Shown piece by piece: positions 1 through 16,755 of a DNA stretch of 64,000 nucleotides. The translations under genes were made by a program, and so were the position numbers. Source of the stretch: Eledone cirrhosa (taxonomy: Eukaryota); NCBI GenBank assembly GCA_964016885.1, contig OZ024740.1, positions 305,722,001 to 305,786,000 of the forward strand. The letters run 5' to 3'. Numbering within the stretch: the first letter of the stretch is position 1; every line of letters begins with the position of its first letter. The notes under the pieces were generated by a model, which saw nothing but the letters and a program-made list of their open reading frames with translations, made no database searches and was not told the DNA's origin.

Positions 1-930
1 GATGGTGATGTTGGTGATGGTGATGGTGATGGTGGCGATGGTGATGGTGATGTTGGTGATGGTGGTGTTGGTGATGGTGGTGGTGGTGATGGTGGTGATG
101 GTGATGGTGGTGTTGGTGATGGTGGTGTTGTTGATGGTGGTGATGGTGATCGGGGTGTTGGTGATGGTGGTGATGGTGGTGTTGGTGATGGTGGTGATGG
201 TGATGGTGGTGTTGGTGATGGTGGTGTTGGTGATGGTGGTGTTGGTGATGGGGGTGTTGGTATTTGTAGTGTTGATAATGATGGTGTTGGCGGTGTAGGT
301 AGTATGAATGGTGGACGGTATTGGTATTGTGGTTAGTGTGGGCGGTTTGAGCGAGGATGTTGATAGTGGTGATGGTGGTGGTGATGGAGGTGGTGATGGT
401 GGTGGTGGTGGTGATGGTGGTGGTGGTGGTGATGGTGGTGGTGATGGTGGTGGTGATGGTGGTGGTGGTGGTGATGGTGGTGGTGATGGTGATGGTGGTG
501 GTGATGGTGGTGGTGATGGTGGTGGTGATGGTGGTGGTGATGATGGTGGTGGTGGTGGTGATGGTGATGGAAGTGGTGATGGTGGTGGTGGTGGTGATGG
601 TGGTGGTGATGGTGGTGGTGATGGTGGTGGTGGTGGTGATGGTGGTGGTGATGGTGATGGTGGTGGTGATGGTGGTGGTGATGGTGGTGGTGATGGTGGT
701 GGTGATGATGGTGGTGGTGGTGGTGATGGTGATGGAAGTGGTGATGGTGGTGGTGGTGGTGATGGTGGTGGTGATGGTGGTGGTGGTGATAGTGGTGATG
801 GTGGTGGTGATGGAGGTGGTGATGGTGGTGGTGGTAGTGATGGTGGTAGTGATGGTGTGGTGATGGTAGTGGTGGTGATAGTGATGATGGTGGTGATGTT
901 AATGATGATGGTGGTAGTTAAGGTGGCGGT
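1..930. repeat. (GGT/GAT)n compound microsatellite
   Basis: Direct inspection. Confidence 0.95.
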
Positions 931-1059
931 GAGAGGTCTCTCATTCGAAGAGAATTTGTCCTCAGGGAGAGAGGCAGCAAGTTGTGTTGAATAATTATAA
1001 TTGCTGTTGAATAAGTTTAGAATCCGTCACAGAAAATCAACAATAAAAACTGGAAACGC

Positions 1060-3270
<2,211 letters not shown>

Positions 3271-3658
3271 ATCTTTCAATTCATTTGCTCTACCCCTCCT
3301 TTCTTTCTCTTTCTGTTGAGAGCAGAGAGATTGTTAACAACAAAAACGTGTTTCTAAGACTGCAAAAGTTGCCTCAAGTATTATAGATCGGAATTGCATT
3401 AGACAAAACATATTCACCGGCAATAGATGAAGTAACAAAAGAAAAGAATAGTACAGAATAGGGTATTAAAATGAAGAAGGAACTATAGATCCTAGATAAA
3501 TAAGCCAAATAAAAGATGAGATTTAGTATACAAGGATATCCGACATCTTGAAATATATTATATATATAAAAGAATACGCAATATATTATATATAATATAT
3601 GATATATTATATATAAAATATCGATTGGTATACATGCGTATACATAATAAGAAGTATA

Positions 3659-3724
<66 letters not shown>

Positions 3725-3729
3725 TATAA

Positions 3730-3890
3730 AGAAACGGGACCCGACGGCTGAGCTCTTGCTGTTTCAACAGCTAGTTTGAGACTGGAACTAGCTGGAACTA
3801 TAATATAGCCATACCATACTCTACTGCCTCAAGTAGCGAGTACTCTGTTGAGTAATGGTCTATTGGAACACACGAAATAAGAGCTCTTGA
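3730..3890 (+). mobile_element. Diverged copy of TA-anchored fold-back family C (see 52511)
   Basis: Contains cccgacggctgagctc and ctctactgcctcaagtagcgagtactc, shared with the 52511 and 39851 copies; follows a (TA)n tract. Confidence 0.6.
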
Positions 3891-4786
3891 GTAACTACAT
3901 AGAATACAATCAAAACGAAAAGGAGACACAGAGGGCAAAAATGATCATTGAGAAGGTCACAAAATAGATTAGTTACCTGACTAATAATGAAACTGAGGTG
4001 AGATTTGATTGGTGCGGTTAGTTTTATTGGCAGCATGAACTTCCCGAACTATAACAATGTCTGCTTCAACACACGGTTTAAATATCAAGAATCAAGCAAG
4101 ACAAATGCAGAAACGATGTACACACACATACACACACATAGAGCCACAGACACACATATATATATACACACATACACACACACACACGCAAACAGAAACA
4201 CACACACACACACATATATATACATACATACAGACTCAGACGCACAGACACATATGCATTCTAAGCACTGATTTAAAACAGATAAGATAAACTTGTTTCC
4301 TTACACACATGCACTGACTTACATATGAGTGTATGTGTATATGTGTATTGAGTACTTTTTATTCCATTTGTATACCCAAACACGTAAGATCTCATAACGA
4401 TTAGTACAGCTTATTCATATGTCTCCTTTGTGTGTCAGTATTATGCAAATTGCTTTTTATATCGTCTGATACCTTATTATTATATTTTTTTAAATTTTAT
4501 TCACTTTTATGTCAGTTTTGTGAAAAAAATTTCAGATCTTTACGAATCAAATATAATCTGCTTAATCCTATGGATAATTTGTATTAAACATTTGAGCTTT
4601 ATACGAAACTCTTGCTTCGAAACGTGCTGCACACTTCTTTGTATTTATGCACAGATTTTTATGATTTAAACATAGTAAAAGACAGAAAAAGATGACTTGG
4701 TACAACGTCAAAAGATTATGTATTATCAGATGAATCAATTATATTAGCATTGAGAAATGAATAATAAAAAATAAAAAAAAACTCAC

Positions 4787-5054
4787 AATCTGCTTCTTCT
4801 TGTGCTCCGCCATCGGCCATTTCTTTCAGTGCAACTGGAACACCCATAAACTGTAGATAGCAGTCACCATACCAGACCAGCAGCTCTGTACCTTGCGGAA
4901 TATCTTTACAAGCTTCATAATAGATTTCTCTGTCGACCTGAATAGCGATGAGATTTTGTTCCTGTGCGTATCTGGCACAATTCACGTACGTCATCCAGTT
5001 CCCAGATGTTCCTCTTCCGTCAATAAAATGACTTAATTTTCCATCTTGAAAAAC
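4787..5054 (-). CDS. PRDM14: PRDM14-like exon, C-terminal half of PR/SET domain
   Basis: Acceptor tttttcAG, donor T|GTGAGT, 268 bp, phase 0/1. Encodes VFQDGKLSHFIDGRGTSGNWMTYVNCARYAQEQNL...ELLVWYGDCYLQFMGVPV; LSHFIDG and WYGDCY are typical of PRDM14. Confidence 0.95.
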
Positions 5055-6367
5055 CTGAAAAATAAGAGACCTAAGAATTAATACCATAATAAAGAGTGAG
5101 GAATAATATTTTCAAAAGTAGCGCCCCTTCTTTATGACTGAACAAGATATTTACCACATAGGGCAGCTCGTCTAACTCATGTAAGCGTAGAAAATGGACG
5201 TTAAACGGCGATGATGACGACGACGAATGAATTAAATCATATTAACTTTAGAATAGATGAACACATAAAACACCTTATAAAACAACTCAAAATGCATTGC
5301 ACCAAACCATAAACTAACCCTAATATATTACGAAAAAGGTTAAAACCTTTTCATCAATAACAAAATTCAAGCCTAAATGTCTGCGATCAAGCCACTGATG
5401 GCTAATGGGATTTGCAAATTTAATTGTAAACGTTGTTTACTTCAAGACTACAACTGTTATATTGGTCGTTCATGTACTATATTCTCTTGCCGGTCACCAT
5501 TCAGTTACAAGAAGGAACAATCGTAATGTATTATATAACGCAGCAACAACCAAAAACTAGATAGGAAAACATTTATAAGCAACACACAGACTTTCAATAA
5601 AAGACAGCCGATTAATTATACTAAAATATACTATGTTAAAACAAACGCACAGATAAAATTCAGTAATCATAAACAAAAACAAACGATCCCATACTGACAA
5701 TGTATAAAACTAAACCAACAGTAATCACATAGACCCTTCCTAGTATAGAGTGTCAGAAAAACACGACAACACAACTTTATCTAGAAGATGAGACAGTGAA
5801 AGTTTAGCAACGTTGATGATGGGTTTGGGAGCTTTTTATTATTTAAAAAATAAAGCTACAAGAAACTCATGCAAAGATTAAAAAAAAACTTAACAAAAAA
5901 TACTACCTGCTCCCACATTTATTAACAGATGAGATTTTAAATATAAATTGTATTAAATATAAGCAGCAGTTTTAAATAGAAAAGAACAACCTCACTGACA
6001 TGACTCAAAGCACATTTCTATTTCGAGACGCTGGACCACGTTACTAACACAACACTATAATATGGTGTGCTTGTAATGTTACCATCTCAAACCAGTTACT
6101 TTAAATTATTATCTGCTAGTTTATTCTTAACGTCCTGTACCGTATAAAACTGCATTAACAAGTCATTCTTGAAAAGCATAATACAAAACAGTAAAATAAC
6201 TACATCAGATGAAACATTAACATTTTTATTTTAGTTTACTACCAATTTTCACGACAATCTGTCTATTAGTAAAAATATAAAAATTTGAATAAACAAACCC
6301 ATTTTTTAGTATTTTCTGCTAAATTATTACAGGATGTTAAGAGTTAGCTGTTCAGACTTACTTGCTT

Positions 6368-6442
<75 letters not shown>

Positions 6443-6884
6443 TCATATAAAGGTACACACACATAGAGACAAACATAATGCTTATACATTTCCAAGGACG
6501 CCTTCTGCACAAATACTTAATTATAAAGTGGGCCTTAGTATGCCTCATGTAATAAGCCTAGAAATTTTAATAAATTATATTTACAATCTTAGTTTCCGAA
6601 ATGGCTATGGTAAAAGATGGTAGGGAAAACAACATCGAAGTTTTGATAAGATAAAGTTAAATATGGAACACAGTGAGAAGTGAGTCTAATCTATAGTATA
6701 TCTATAGTATATATCTAGAGTATATCTATGGGTATATCTATAGTAATACGTTGACAACTCTTATTGCAGGTTCTAACATTTATTAGAAAGGCTGACAAAG
6801 TATATAGGATTTTATGAACGAACACAGCGTAGCCGTTATATATGAAAAGAATGCACACACATATATACACACAAACACGTATAT

Positions 6885-6952
<68 letters not shown>

Positions 6953-7024
6953 GTGTGTGTATATATATATATATATGTATATGTGTGTGTGTGTGTATAT
7001 ATATATATGTGTGTATATATATAT

Positions 7025-7278
7025 AAACGGAAAAAATGAAACGAAATTTCATTTCTCACTCTTAGTACGGATGTTACTTAAATATAAGTATGTACACGTA
7101 CATACATATATGTATACAGACGTACAGTAGTATGTATATATATATACATACATGCACACATATATATGTACGTATGGATTCACCGAACATTTATTATAAT
7201 GCTCGGTGTGTTTGTAAACAAACATCCCGAATTAATCCGTACAGTGTCTAGCAACCATCGTTGCTCATTTGTTCAATA

Positions 7279-7280
<2 letters not shown>
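7025..7280 (-). mobile_element. Partial copy of hammerhead-bearing element A (see 38845)
   Basis: Reverse complement aligns to about 39078-39351 and shares the same terminus into (TA)n. Confidence 0.8.
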
Positions 7281-7333
<53 letters not shown>

Positions 7334-7338
<5 letters not shown>

Positions 7339-7443
7339 AAAAGGGGTCCTGATCCTTTTCCTATTATCCACTCTACTACCCAAAGTATCGAGTACTCTGG
7401 TGCGTTATGGTTCATGTGGTTCCTTACCACACTTCCTTCGTTA
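7334..7443 (+). mobile_element. Short copy of TA-anchored fold-back family C
   Basis: (TA)n-ggaaaagg...ccttttcctat, then the family tail ...accacacttccttcgt-(TA)n. Confidence 0.8.
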
Positions 7444-7566
7444 TATATATAGTTCACTTTCGTTAAATTCTATGAAACTATAGAAGGAAGACTAAACTTG
7501 GTAACGTTCAATTCCATCGACATAGTGAATTCAATCTTGACCCGCATTATAGTTTCAAATGATCAT

Positions 7567-7597
<31 letters not shown>

Positions 7598-7960
7598 TAT
7601 GTAGACAGTCTGTTTTAATCACTTGACATCAAATCATTTCTGTACGTCTGCCTAACTGACAAGCGGTGTCACTTGAAGTTAATCACCCTCTCTAAATATA
7701 TTGCCACTTCAGCCTCTTGAGTCAAGTGTATGTATTTCCACTACCACACACGAGTGATTTGGAATTAGAAATGCTCCGCTGAATGGAAACAACAATAACA
7801 ACAACAAATGTAATCATTGTTTCTAACATAAGTACAAGGTCAACGTTTTCTTTCGATTAAATCGACCTCAGCACTAGGCTGGCATTTTATTTCATTGACC
7901 CCAGAAGAATGAAAGGCAAAGTTGATAGTGGTGAGATTCGAACTTAGATCAGCCTGGGTG

Positions 7961-8020
7961 AAGAAGAAGAAGAAGAAGAAGAAGAAGAAGAAGAAGAAGA
8001 AGAAGAAGAAGAAGAAGAAG

Positions 8021-8050
<30 letters not shown>
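7961..8050. repeat. (AAG)n microsatellite
   Basis: Pure tract. Confidence 0.95.
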
Positions 8051-8051
<1 letters not shown>

Positions 8052-8305
8052 TTTACAAAACCCAATATCGACAAAATTTAAATGTAGGCGGTTTGAAATT
8101 GATTATAAACAAAGTTATATATTAAAGGATATTAGTTCAAGGTGGTTTTTAATGTGGAAATGTACCTTTCTCGGAGAAGTTAAAGTGTTTTAGACTGTAC
8201 AGGCAGAAAGATACAGCGACAACGTTCATAAAGTAAATGATGGTTGCTTAGAGAAGAACATACTAAAAACTAATAATCATTAATGGTGCTCCCATGAAGC
8301 CACTG

Positions 8306-8578
8306 CAGCGGCGTGCAGAGCTCTGGTGATGTCCCGTGGCAAATCTTGATTGTATGCCCCAAAGACTCAAGTATAAGGCCTAATATACTGAGAAATATTA
8401 TGAGAAAGGAAAACATTTTGAATATATAAACACAGATGAAACATGAAATAAACGCTTTATTCGATTTTGATATAAATTACTCAAATTTATTAAGTTCTTT
8501 CCCCCAAATGATGCCCCCATCCAAAAGATGCCCGGGGCCAACGCACATTCGCCCCCCTCCCCCCTCTGCACGCTACTG
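8306..8578. mobile_element. hAT-superfamily MITE
   Basis: TIRs CAGCGGCGTGCAGAG / CTCTGCACGCTACTG; 8-bp TSD agccactg / agccagtg (7 of 8 match). Confidence 0.8.
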
Positions 8579-8629
8579 AGCCAGTGGCATCTTTGTACCA
8601 TAATGAGAATTAAATGAATGAATGTCTCA

Positions 8630-9120
8630 GCTTTCATCATGCTAAAGAACTTCTGGGCATCAAAGAGATCTGTCCAAGAACTAAATTTCGCATCTTCAAA
8701 TCCAACGTGAAGGCGGCACTGTTGTACAGATGTGAAACTTGGAGGACAACAAAGAAGATCCAGACATTCTTCAACCTCTGTCTGGGGCGCATCTACAACA
8801 TTAAATGACTGGAGAAGATCAGAAACGAAGATCTATGGGAGCGAGCGGGACAGGAACCAGTGGCAAAGCAGATTTGGGAGAGGAAGTGGAGCTAGATTGG
8901 GTACACCTTCAGGAAACCACCATCAAACACCACAACCCAAGCCCTAACCTAGAACCCGCAGGGTAAGAGGTCCCGCTGCAGCTGGAGGTGTGACACTGAG
9001 GCTGAATTAAGAAAACTGGAAGTCTACTGGAGTGTCGAGAACAGCCTAGGATCGTGTACGATGGAGGAAGGTCTTCAATGGACTATGCTCCACAGAGCAC
9101 GTTGGGGTTGAATGAATGAA
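8630..9120 (+). mobile_element. RTE-clade LINE, degraded 3' fragment
   Basis: Translates as TKFRIFKSNVKAALLYRCETW...IRNEDLWERAGQEP...RKW.IG..RKP...NPQGKR, with stops; ends in a (GAAT)n tail. Confidence 0.85.
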
Positions 9121-9231
9121 GTGTCTCAATTAACTCAGAAACATTTCTATAGACATGTTTCAGATTACTGTTAATGGGTAAAGATTTCAATTGTATTTTC
9201 GGTTCTTATATTGAGGTAGGAGTAACAGAGC

Positions 9232-9390
9232 TTGCACCGATTGGTAACTTCTAGTACATTTGCCCTAAACAGTTCCAACTATAAATTGCAGCGATTGGTA
9301 ACTTCTAGTACATTTGCCCTAAACAGTTCCAACTATAAATTGCAGCGATTAGTAAATTCTAGTAAATTTGGCACAAACAGTTCCAGCTAT
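9232..9390. repeat. 54-bp tandem repeat, about 3 copies
   Basis: Unit ttgcaScgattggtaacttctagtacatttgccctaaacagttccaactataaa. Confidence 0.9.
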
Positions 9391-10638
9391 ATGATAGATA
9401 TTAAACCAAGTCAGCTAAGTATATATATTAATGGACTGTATTGATGACTTTCTACTATCAGATATGTGACAGCTGACGATTCCACCGATCAGAGGATTAT
9501 CATCACACCAACAATAAAATCACTCAGCTGACTGTCCACAATACAAGCGTTCTACTTACAAGCTGAAAGTCCTCTTAATATTAGATGTCAACTGACTTTC
9601 CTCCCTGTTGTTTGTTTTCAAATCATCACCAGTGTTAATTAACTGTTCTCCAAAAATATTCAGTCTATTGACTGTCTTGCCAACATTAGCTGTTAGCTAA
9701 CTATCGTCACATCATTACTAGCAGTTATTTCACTATCCTCTTAAAACCAAAATATCAGTCAGCTGTGTGTCTTCCCACGAATAGTGGCAGTCGGTATGTT
9801 TTCTTTATCTCAAAGCTAGCAGTCAGCCAGTGATGCCCACCCCCTACACTAACACTTAATAAACAGTTGCAATTCGTCATGGCTGCCCAGTGATTTACCC
9901 AATTAGTTGTTTGCATTAGGGTCAGTGTCGATTAGTTGACCAACCCGCTAAATTAACAAGATCAGTCACAGAAAACTAAATACGAATTCGAATCACGATA
10001 GCAAATACTTCGACCCAAATATCATCGATCGGTTTCTTTCAATCAAAGTTTTGTTTCCCTTTCCTTTTATTAATGAACATCAATAACTAGAGTTTGGCCG
10101 AAATATCAATTAATGACATGTTACTCAAATATTAATGAATGACATCCAGACTAAGAAGAAAAAATGGAGAAGTGAGGATCAACAAATTATACTAAATATT
10201 TAAATTATTTCATACAGCGTTGGTAAGAGTGATTTACATCAAAATAGCTGACTAAATTATCATTTAGAAGTCACTAAGAATAATGAAGACAATTGGGTAT
10301 TTATTATATGAAAGATAGAAAAAGAACAAACACGCCGCTGACGTAGTGTGATTTGCATAAATTTTGTGCTGCAAGTAATGAAAATGTAAACTATTGGATG
10401 TTCGTGTTATGGAAATTGTTAGACATAGTTTAGTGTCACTAAGTCTTGCCATGACTCATCGCAAATGTCGTCTGCTCAACAATGGGTAAATGTTAGAGTG
10501 AAACTTGCTGTTTCGATGAGAATAGTTTCTTTTCCTGTTTTCTCTTTTCACATAAAAATAGTAAACTCAAATATAAAGAAAAACAACTTATGCCATAGAA
10601 AGAGAAAGAAAAAAGGATAAGAACAAAATAAATTATAA

Positions 10639-10733
<95 letters not shown>

Positions 10734-11654
10734 AGTCTTAAGATAAAGGAAAAAGAGACATTAAAAAATAAAGATAAAACGAAACATGCTAAGGAAATTA
10801 AAAGAAATAAATGTAGATGTATAGAGAGATAGATAAAGAGAGGAGGAGGAAGAATAGCGAGAAGGGTGAGAAATAAAAGGAGGGAATGAAATAAAGGAAA
10901 AAGGAAAAAAAGAGAAAGAATTAAGAAAAGGATGGAATATTCTATGTAAGATGTATGTTTAACAACCTTTTTGAATGAGAATCAACTTGGTGACGGCAGT
11001 GTCCAAATAGTAAATACTATTGTTCTATTAACCCCCTTGATTTTTCACTGGTTGGCCAAAGTGCACAGTGCATAATGAAGGAAGAACGAAAAGCGTAATG
11101 TACACAAACGTCGCTAGATGGAGTCGTTGTGGGCATTGCCTTTAAGATGGAGACCAGATGCTCGTGCACACACGGCTGTTTCTTAGCCAGAGTGTATTTC
11201 TTTCACTAACAATTCCTTAATCTGTAAAGTTATCGACCGCTTCAAGTTAGGAGTCAGACTGTTCTAAAACTTCCACTCAATTCAGATGATATAAGAAGAA
11301 TAAAAAGCCAAAGGATGAAAACAGCAAAACAAATAAAAACAACAAAACAATCAATAGTGGAACAGTGGTATTATCATGTGAACAATTTCTCAGAATACAA
11401 GTAGTCAGTGGTATAAGCACAAAAACAAACTATACATACATACCGATACGACTAAGATGTTTGTTAATTTATTCACAGAAAATTTATTTATCTTTTTCTC
11501 TCCCTGCCTCTTCGTTTCCATCCTTGTCATTCTCTTTTCCTCTTTCCCCCATTCTTCTTTCTCTCCTTCCCCCATCTCTATCCCCTTCTCTCTTTCTCTC
11601 TTTCTCTCATCTTTCTCCTTCTTTTTCTCTCTTTCACTCCTCTCACCTCTCTTC

Positions 11655-11723
<69 letters not shown>

Positions 11724-12228
11724 TCCTCTTTTATTTCTTTTCATATAATAAAAAATAAAAAAAACAGTCAAGGTACACAAAACGTGCAGAAGAAAGACGC
11801 TGATGCTGTTTTTTTGGAGACGCTTTTATCAATTCCCAGCATGTCTCTGGAACCTCTATTTATTTCTCGTTATATAGCAACTTGGCAAATCGATATTCAA
11901 AACATCACGGACAAAAAAAAAAAAAAAATAACACAAAAAAAAAAATAGAACTTACTGATAAAATGAAAAATGAAGTAACATTACAATTATAATAACAGTT
12001 ACGAACAACATCAACAACATCAACAACAATTTTAGCTCAATTCTCAACTACTTGTTTGTAAAGTTCTCTAATGGCATTAAATTCATTGTTTGCTCCAAGT
12101 ATCTCGATCCATATATGGTAACGATTGTTAGTGGTCGGCTGATAGGAATGAATGATCGATTGGACAACGTTGACAAATCAATATCTGATATTCATTCAGG
12201 CGCACATACACACACTCTCACGCATACG

Positions 12229-12262
<34 letters not shown>

Positions 12263-12734
12263 GTCACGCATGCGCACACACGGACACACACACATACTCA
12301 CGCACACACACACACACATACCCACGCACACATACACACGTTCTCACCCACACATACACACGTTCTCACGCACACATACACACACACTCACACACGCACA
12401 CGCGCGGACATACACATACACACATACTCATGCACACACGCACACACACACACATATACTCACGCACGGACACACACATACTCACGCACACATACACACG
12501 TTCTCACGTACTCACACACACGTTCTCACGCACTCACACACACACACATACATAATCAATGTAGACAAAGAAAGTAGATTCCATGGTTCTATGAAAATAT
12601 TTCTTACCATTTTCCAGCAGACATTGCAATTGAATCGGCTGTATTTAATTAAAAAGACTGTTTATCTCTGGAGCTAGGATTGGAGTCTTTCACCAACTGT
12701 TTTCTCTTACAAATGTTGATAACAACGACAACGG

Positions 12735-13690
12735 CGATGTTGATGATGATGATGATGATGATGGTGGTGATGGTGGTGGTGGTGATGGTGGTGGTGGTGG
12801 TGATGATGGTGATGGTGGTGATGATGGTGATGGTGGTGGTGGTGATGATGGTGGTGGTGGTGGTGGTGGTGATGATGGTGATGGTGGTGATGATGATGGT
12901 GGTGATGATGATGATGGTGATGTTGATGATGGTGGTGGTGGTGGTGGTGGTGATGGTGGTGGTGGTGGTGGTGGTGATGATGGTGATGGTGGTGATGATG
13001 ATGGTGGTGATGATGATGATGGTGATGGTGATGATGGTGGTGGTGGTGATGATGGTGGTGGTGATGGTGGTGGTGATGGTGGTTATGATGATGATGAGGT
13101 GGTGGTGGTGGTGGTGATGGTGATGGTGGTGGTTATGATGATGGTGATGGTGGTAGTGATGGTGGTGGTGGTGATGGTGACGGTGGTGATGATGGTGGTG
13201 GTGGTGGTGGTGATGATGATAGTGATGGTGATGGTGGTGGTGATGATGGTGGTGGTAATGATGGTGATGGTGGTGGTTGCGATGGTGGTGGTTATGATGA
13301 TGGTGATGGTGGTAGTGATGGTGGTGGTGGTGATGGTGATGGTGGTGATGATGGTGGTGGTGGTGATGATGATGGTGGTGGTGATGGTGGTGGTGGTGGT
13401 GATGGTGGTGGTGGTGGTGGTGATGGTGATGGTGATGATGATGGTGGTGGTGATGGTGATGGTGGTGGTGGTGGTGATGATGATGATGATGGTGATGGTG
13501 GTGGTGGTGATGATGGTGGTGATGGTGATGATGGTGGTGGTGATGGTGGTGATGGTCATGGTGGTGATGGTGGTGGTGGTGATGGTGGTGATGGTGGTGG
13601 TGATGATGATGGAGGTGGTGTTGGTGATGATGATGATGGTGGTGGTGGTGATGGCGATGGTGGTGGTGGTGATGATGATGATGGTGGTGG

Positions 13691-13721
<31 letters not shown>

Positions 13722-13901
13722 GATGGTGGTGATGGTGATGATGGTGGTGGTGATGGGTGGTGATGGTCATGGTGGTGATGGTGGTGGTGGTGATGGTGGT
13801 GATGGTGGTGGTGATGATGATGGAGGTGGTGTTGGTGATGATGATGATGGTGGTGGTGGTGATGGCGATGGTGGTGGTGGTGATGATGATGATGGTGGTG
13901 G

Positions 13902-13932
<31 letters not shown>

Positions 13933-14225
13933 GGTGATGATGATGGTGGTGGTGGTGGTGATGGTGATGGTGGTGATGATGGTGGTGGTGATGATGATGA
14001 TGGTGGTTGTGGTGGTGGTGATGATGATGATGATGGTGGTGATGGTGGTGGTGGTGATGATGATGATGGTGATGGTGGTGATGGTGATGATGGTGGTGAT
14101 GGTGGTGTTGGTGGTGATGATGATGGTGGTGGTGGTGGTGATGATGATGGTGATGGTGATGGTGGTGATGATGGTGATGATGATGGTGACGATGACGACG
14201 ATGATGATGGTGATGATGTAGATGA
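12735..14225. repeat. (GGT/GAT)n compound microsatellite
   Basis: Direct inspection; source of the poly-His, poly-Val and poly-Gly ORFs. Confidence 0.95.
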
Positions 14226-14789
14226 TAAAAAAATGACGATTATCAATAACATGGCGCCACCTTTGCTGCCTCACCTTCTCCACCTATTCCTCCTTGTCAT
14301 CATCACCTTCATCTTCATCCTCCTCCTTACCCATCCCCTCCTCCTCCTCTTCATCAGGATCATCATCATCACTATGATTATGAAGATCATGACCATAAAC
14401 CGCCACAGAGTAAGATACTCTCCCCTGATGTAATCTTTTTTTAAAGACGAAATGTAACAATTTCCTGTGATTTCCTTCTTACAACTGATTTTATTGTCAA
14501 GATTCCTTTTATTTTAGTGCTTCTGGTATTGCTATTGTTGTAGTAGTCGAAGATGATGATGATGCAGATGTTGTTGTTGTCACTGTTATCTTCTTCTTCT
14601 TCTTCTTCTTCTTCTTCTTCTTTATAAAAATGTATTATCTCTCTTTCCTTCCCACTTGTGTAAATGAATCAAGAATATATTCATGTTAAACAACTAAAGC
14701 TATATAACTTCCGCAAAAAAAGGTATATTTGTATCATCGTATGATAAAGGAAATTGGAAAAATGTCGACGTTTATATCTAGAGTATTAG

Positions 14790-15115
14790 TTTCAAATAAA
14801 AGCTTCCAGCTGTAAATCAAAATTTGAACATAAACTTAATTTATGGAAACATTGTGACATTCTCCACATTCTCACCTTGTTTACTTTCATATTTCTGTTT
14901 TAGGAAAAAAAAAAAATGTTAAATGTTTCTACCCTTGAGTTGGCAGAAGGCCAACTGTAGTTGCAGGGGTGATCCTGCCGTTGTGTTTATCTAAATATTT
15001 AAAATACCTCTTTTAAAATCTAAGGTTATTATTTATATTATCACAAGTCGATATAATCGACATTTCCTTTCGCCCAAATTACTGGCCTTGTGCCAATGTT
15101 AGAAAGAATTATTTA
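14790..15115 (+). repeat. About 325-bp segment duplicated in inverted orientation at 18711-19035
   Basis: Near-identical reverse-complement match that includes a SINE 3' end and adjacent non-SINE sequence. Confidence 0.9.
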
Positions 15116-15549
15116 CACTGTCACCTTACCAAAGACTGGCTTCTTAGTTTGTCTTGTTCTGCACTCCTGGCATTATTACTTATTTATACTTGTACATATG
15201 GCGACGTTCAACCGGGATGGGTTAAGTCGGCTCCATCGAAGGAATTTGCGATGCAAATTCATTTCAATTGAGTTTCTTCGGGTAATTGGTTTCACAAGAG
15301 GTGCTCAGCTGTAAATATATGCACTTTAGGATAGTGCAATCCAAACTTTGCATCGGTTATGGCGCCGAGCTCATGCTCTCACACCCAACCTAATTTGGTG
15401 GAGTCAGTGTCACGACGGGGATGCATAGGAAGGGGTCTGACCGATTGGTGATAAGCACAACATATTTGAGCCATATTGTAGGCCAGCTGGAGATCACCCC
15501 AATGCCCAGCTCAGGCATACCGACCCTCAAATTTGATCTTCTGGGATGG

Positions 15550-16500
15550 ATAGTGAAGTCTCAGAATATCTTTGCTGTATCAGGAATATGCTGAACCACA
15601 TATGATATCCATATTTTTTACACATTGACCAGGCCTTGTTATAGCTTTTTTATATTATTTTTAAAGTTAGCTAGCATTTTCACACGCTCATAATATGTGT
15701 GGCACTTTCTCTTTTAGTTTTGTATTTATCTGCACGCTTTTCAATCATTCCCAAAACAGAAGGTTCGTTTCTTTGTTTCTGTTTTTAGTGTCTTCTTTCT
15801 AGCTATATCTATTACCAGATATTTATTTGGTTTGTGCTGTCTAGTTTGGTTTTTGTTGGTCAGAATTCTGTAGGGTTAGGTTTTGTTGTGTTTTGCTATT
15901 TACTTTGTTCGCTTTGCAGGTGTTAGGTCCATCTTTATGGTTTATGTTTTCCATGTTTATACTTGTTTTCAACGTTTATACTTGTTTTCTGTTTGTTATC
16001 TATGTTTTCATTATGTAATGTATTGGTGTTGTATTTCGATATCTGATTTTTTTTTTAAGGTGGATGTATCTTCTGAAGTTAACCAGTCTTTTAGGATCCA
16101 ACGTTACATTTAGATCAGAAGTATTTGGTCTCCTAATATTATACAAAAATATTGTCGAGGCTTTTTTTGAGGTCGGGGAGTAGTGCAGTAAAATATGCAT
16201 TTGAATAGAAACATATTCCCCTCGTGTTCATTTATATCTTCTCTCCTGTATTTTGGAGATTTTTTATTCATATTGTCGTCATTTTGTCGAGGACCGAATT
16301 TGCATGCTCCATTTTTCGTACTTTTCGTGCAATAAATTCAAAATCCACGTTTTCCTTTTAACTATGGGCTCAATGATACATTTTTGTATTGTTTCTCGTT
16401 TATATAGCGAGGAGAGGTGTGAATGGCTCTGGTATTGATATGGCTCGTATTTCGTTAGTTTGTTTACACTGGGGATCCGATCGCCAGCCAATATGAACAT
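15550..16500 (-). mobile_element. Degraded non-LTR retrotransposon fragment, probably R4/Dong-like (RLE type)
   Basis: Frameshifted remnants near 15550-15720: ESATHIMS...WSMCKKYG...AKIF*DFTIH, resembling the HxxxxC...KILWDF region. The upstream boundary is uncertain. Confidence 0.45.
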
Positions 16501-16710
16501 TTGTAATACATTAAATATATACGGTAAAGATCAATAGATTTTACAAGCAAGTCATTGTATTACTCACAAAGATATCCTTTAACATTTTCGTAATTATTTT
16601 TCACTTTGATTCGTTGTTATTCAATCGGTGTTAATGGCTATTTTTCGGAGCAGTCACGTAGCGTTCTCTAGCATTAAACATCCCCAAATGTTCCCTATTA
16701 AACACACTCG

Positions 16711-16755
<45 letters not shown>

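Noticed and set aside
12649-14433. Long poly-His/Thr/Val/Gly ORFs, and similar YI, CV, HT and SL ORFs throughout the window
   Set aside because: These are translations of microsatellites, open in several frames with no domain content.
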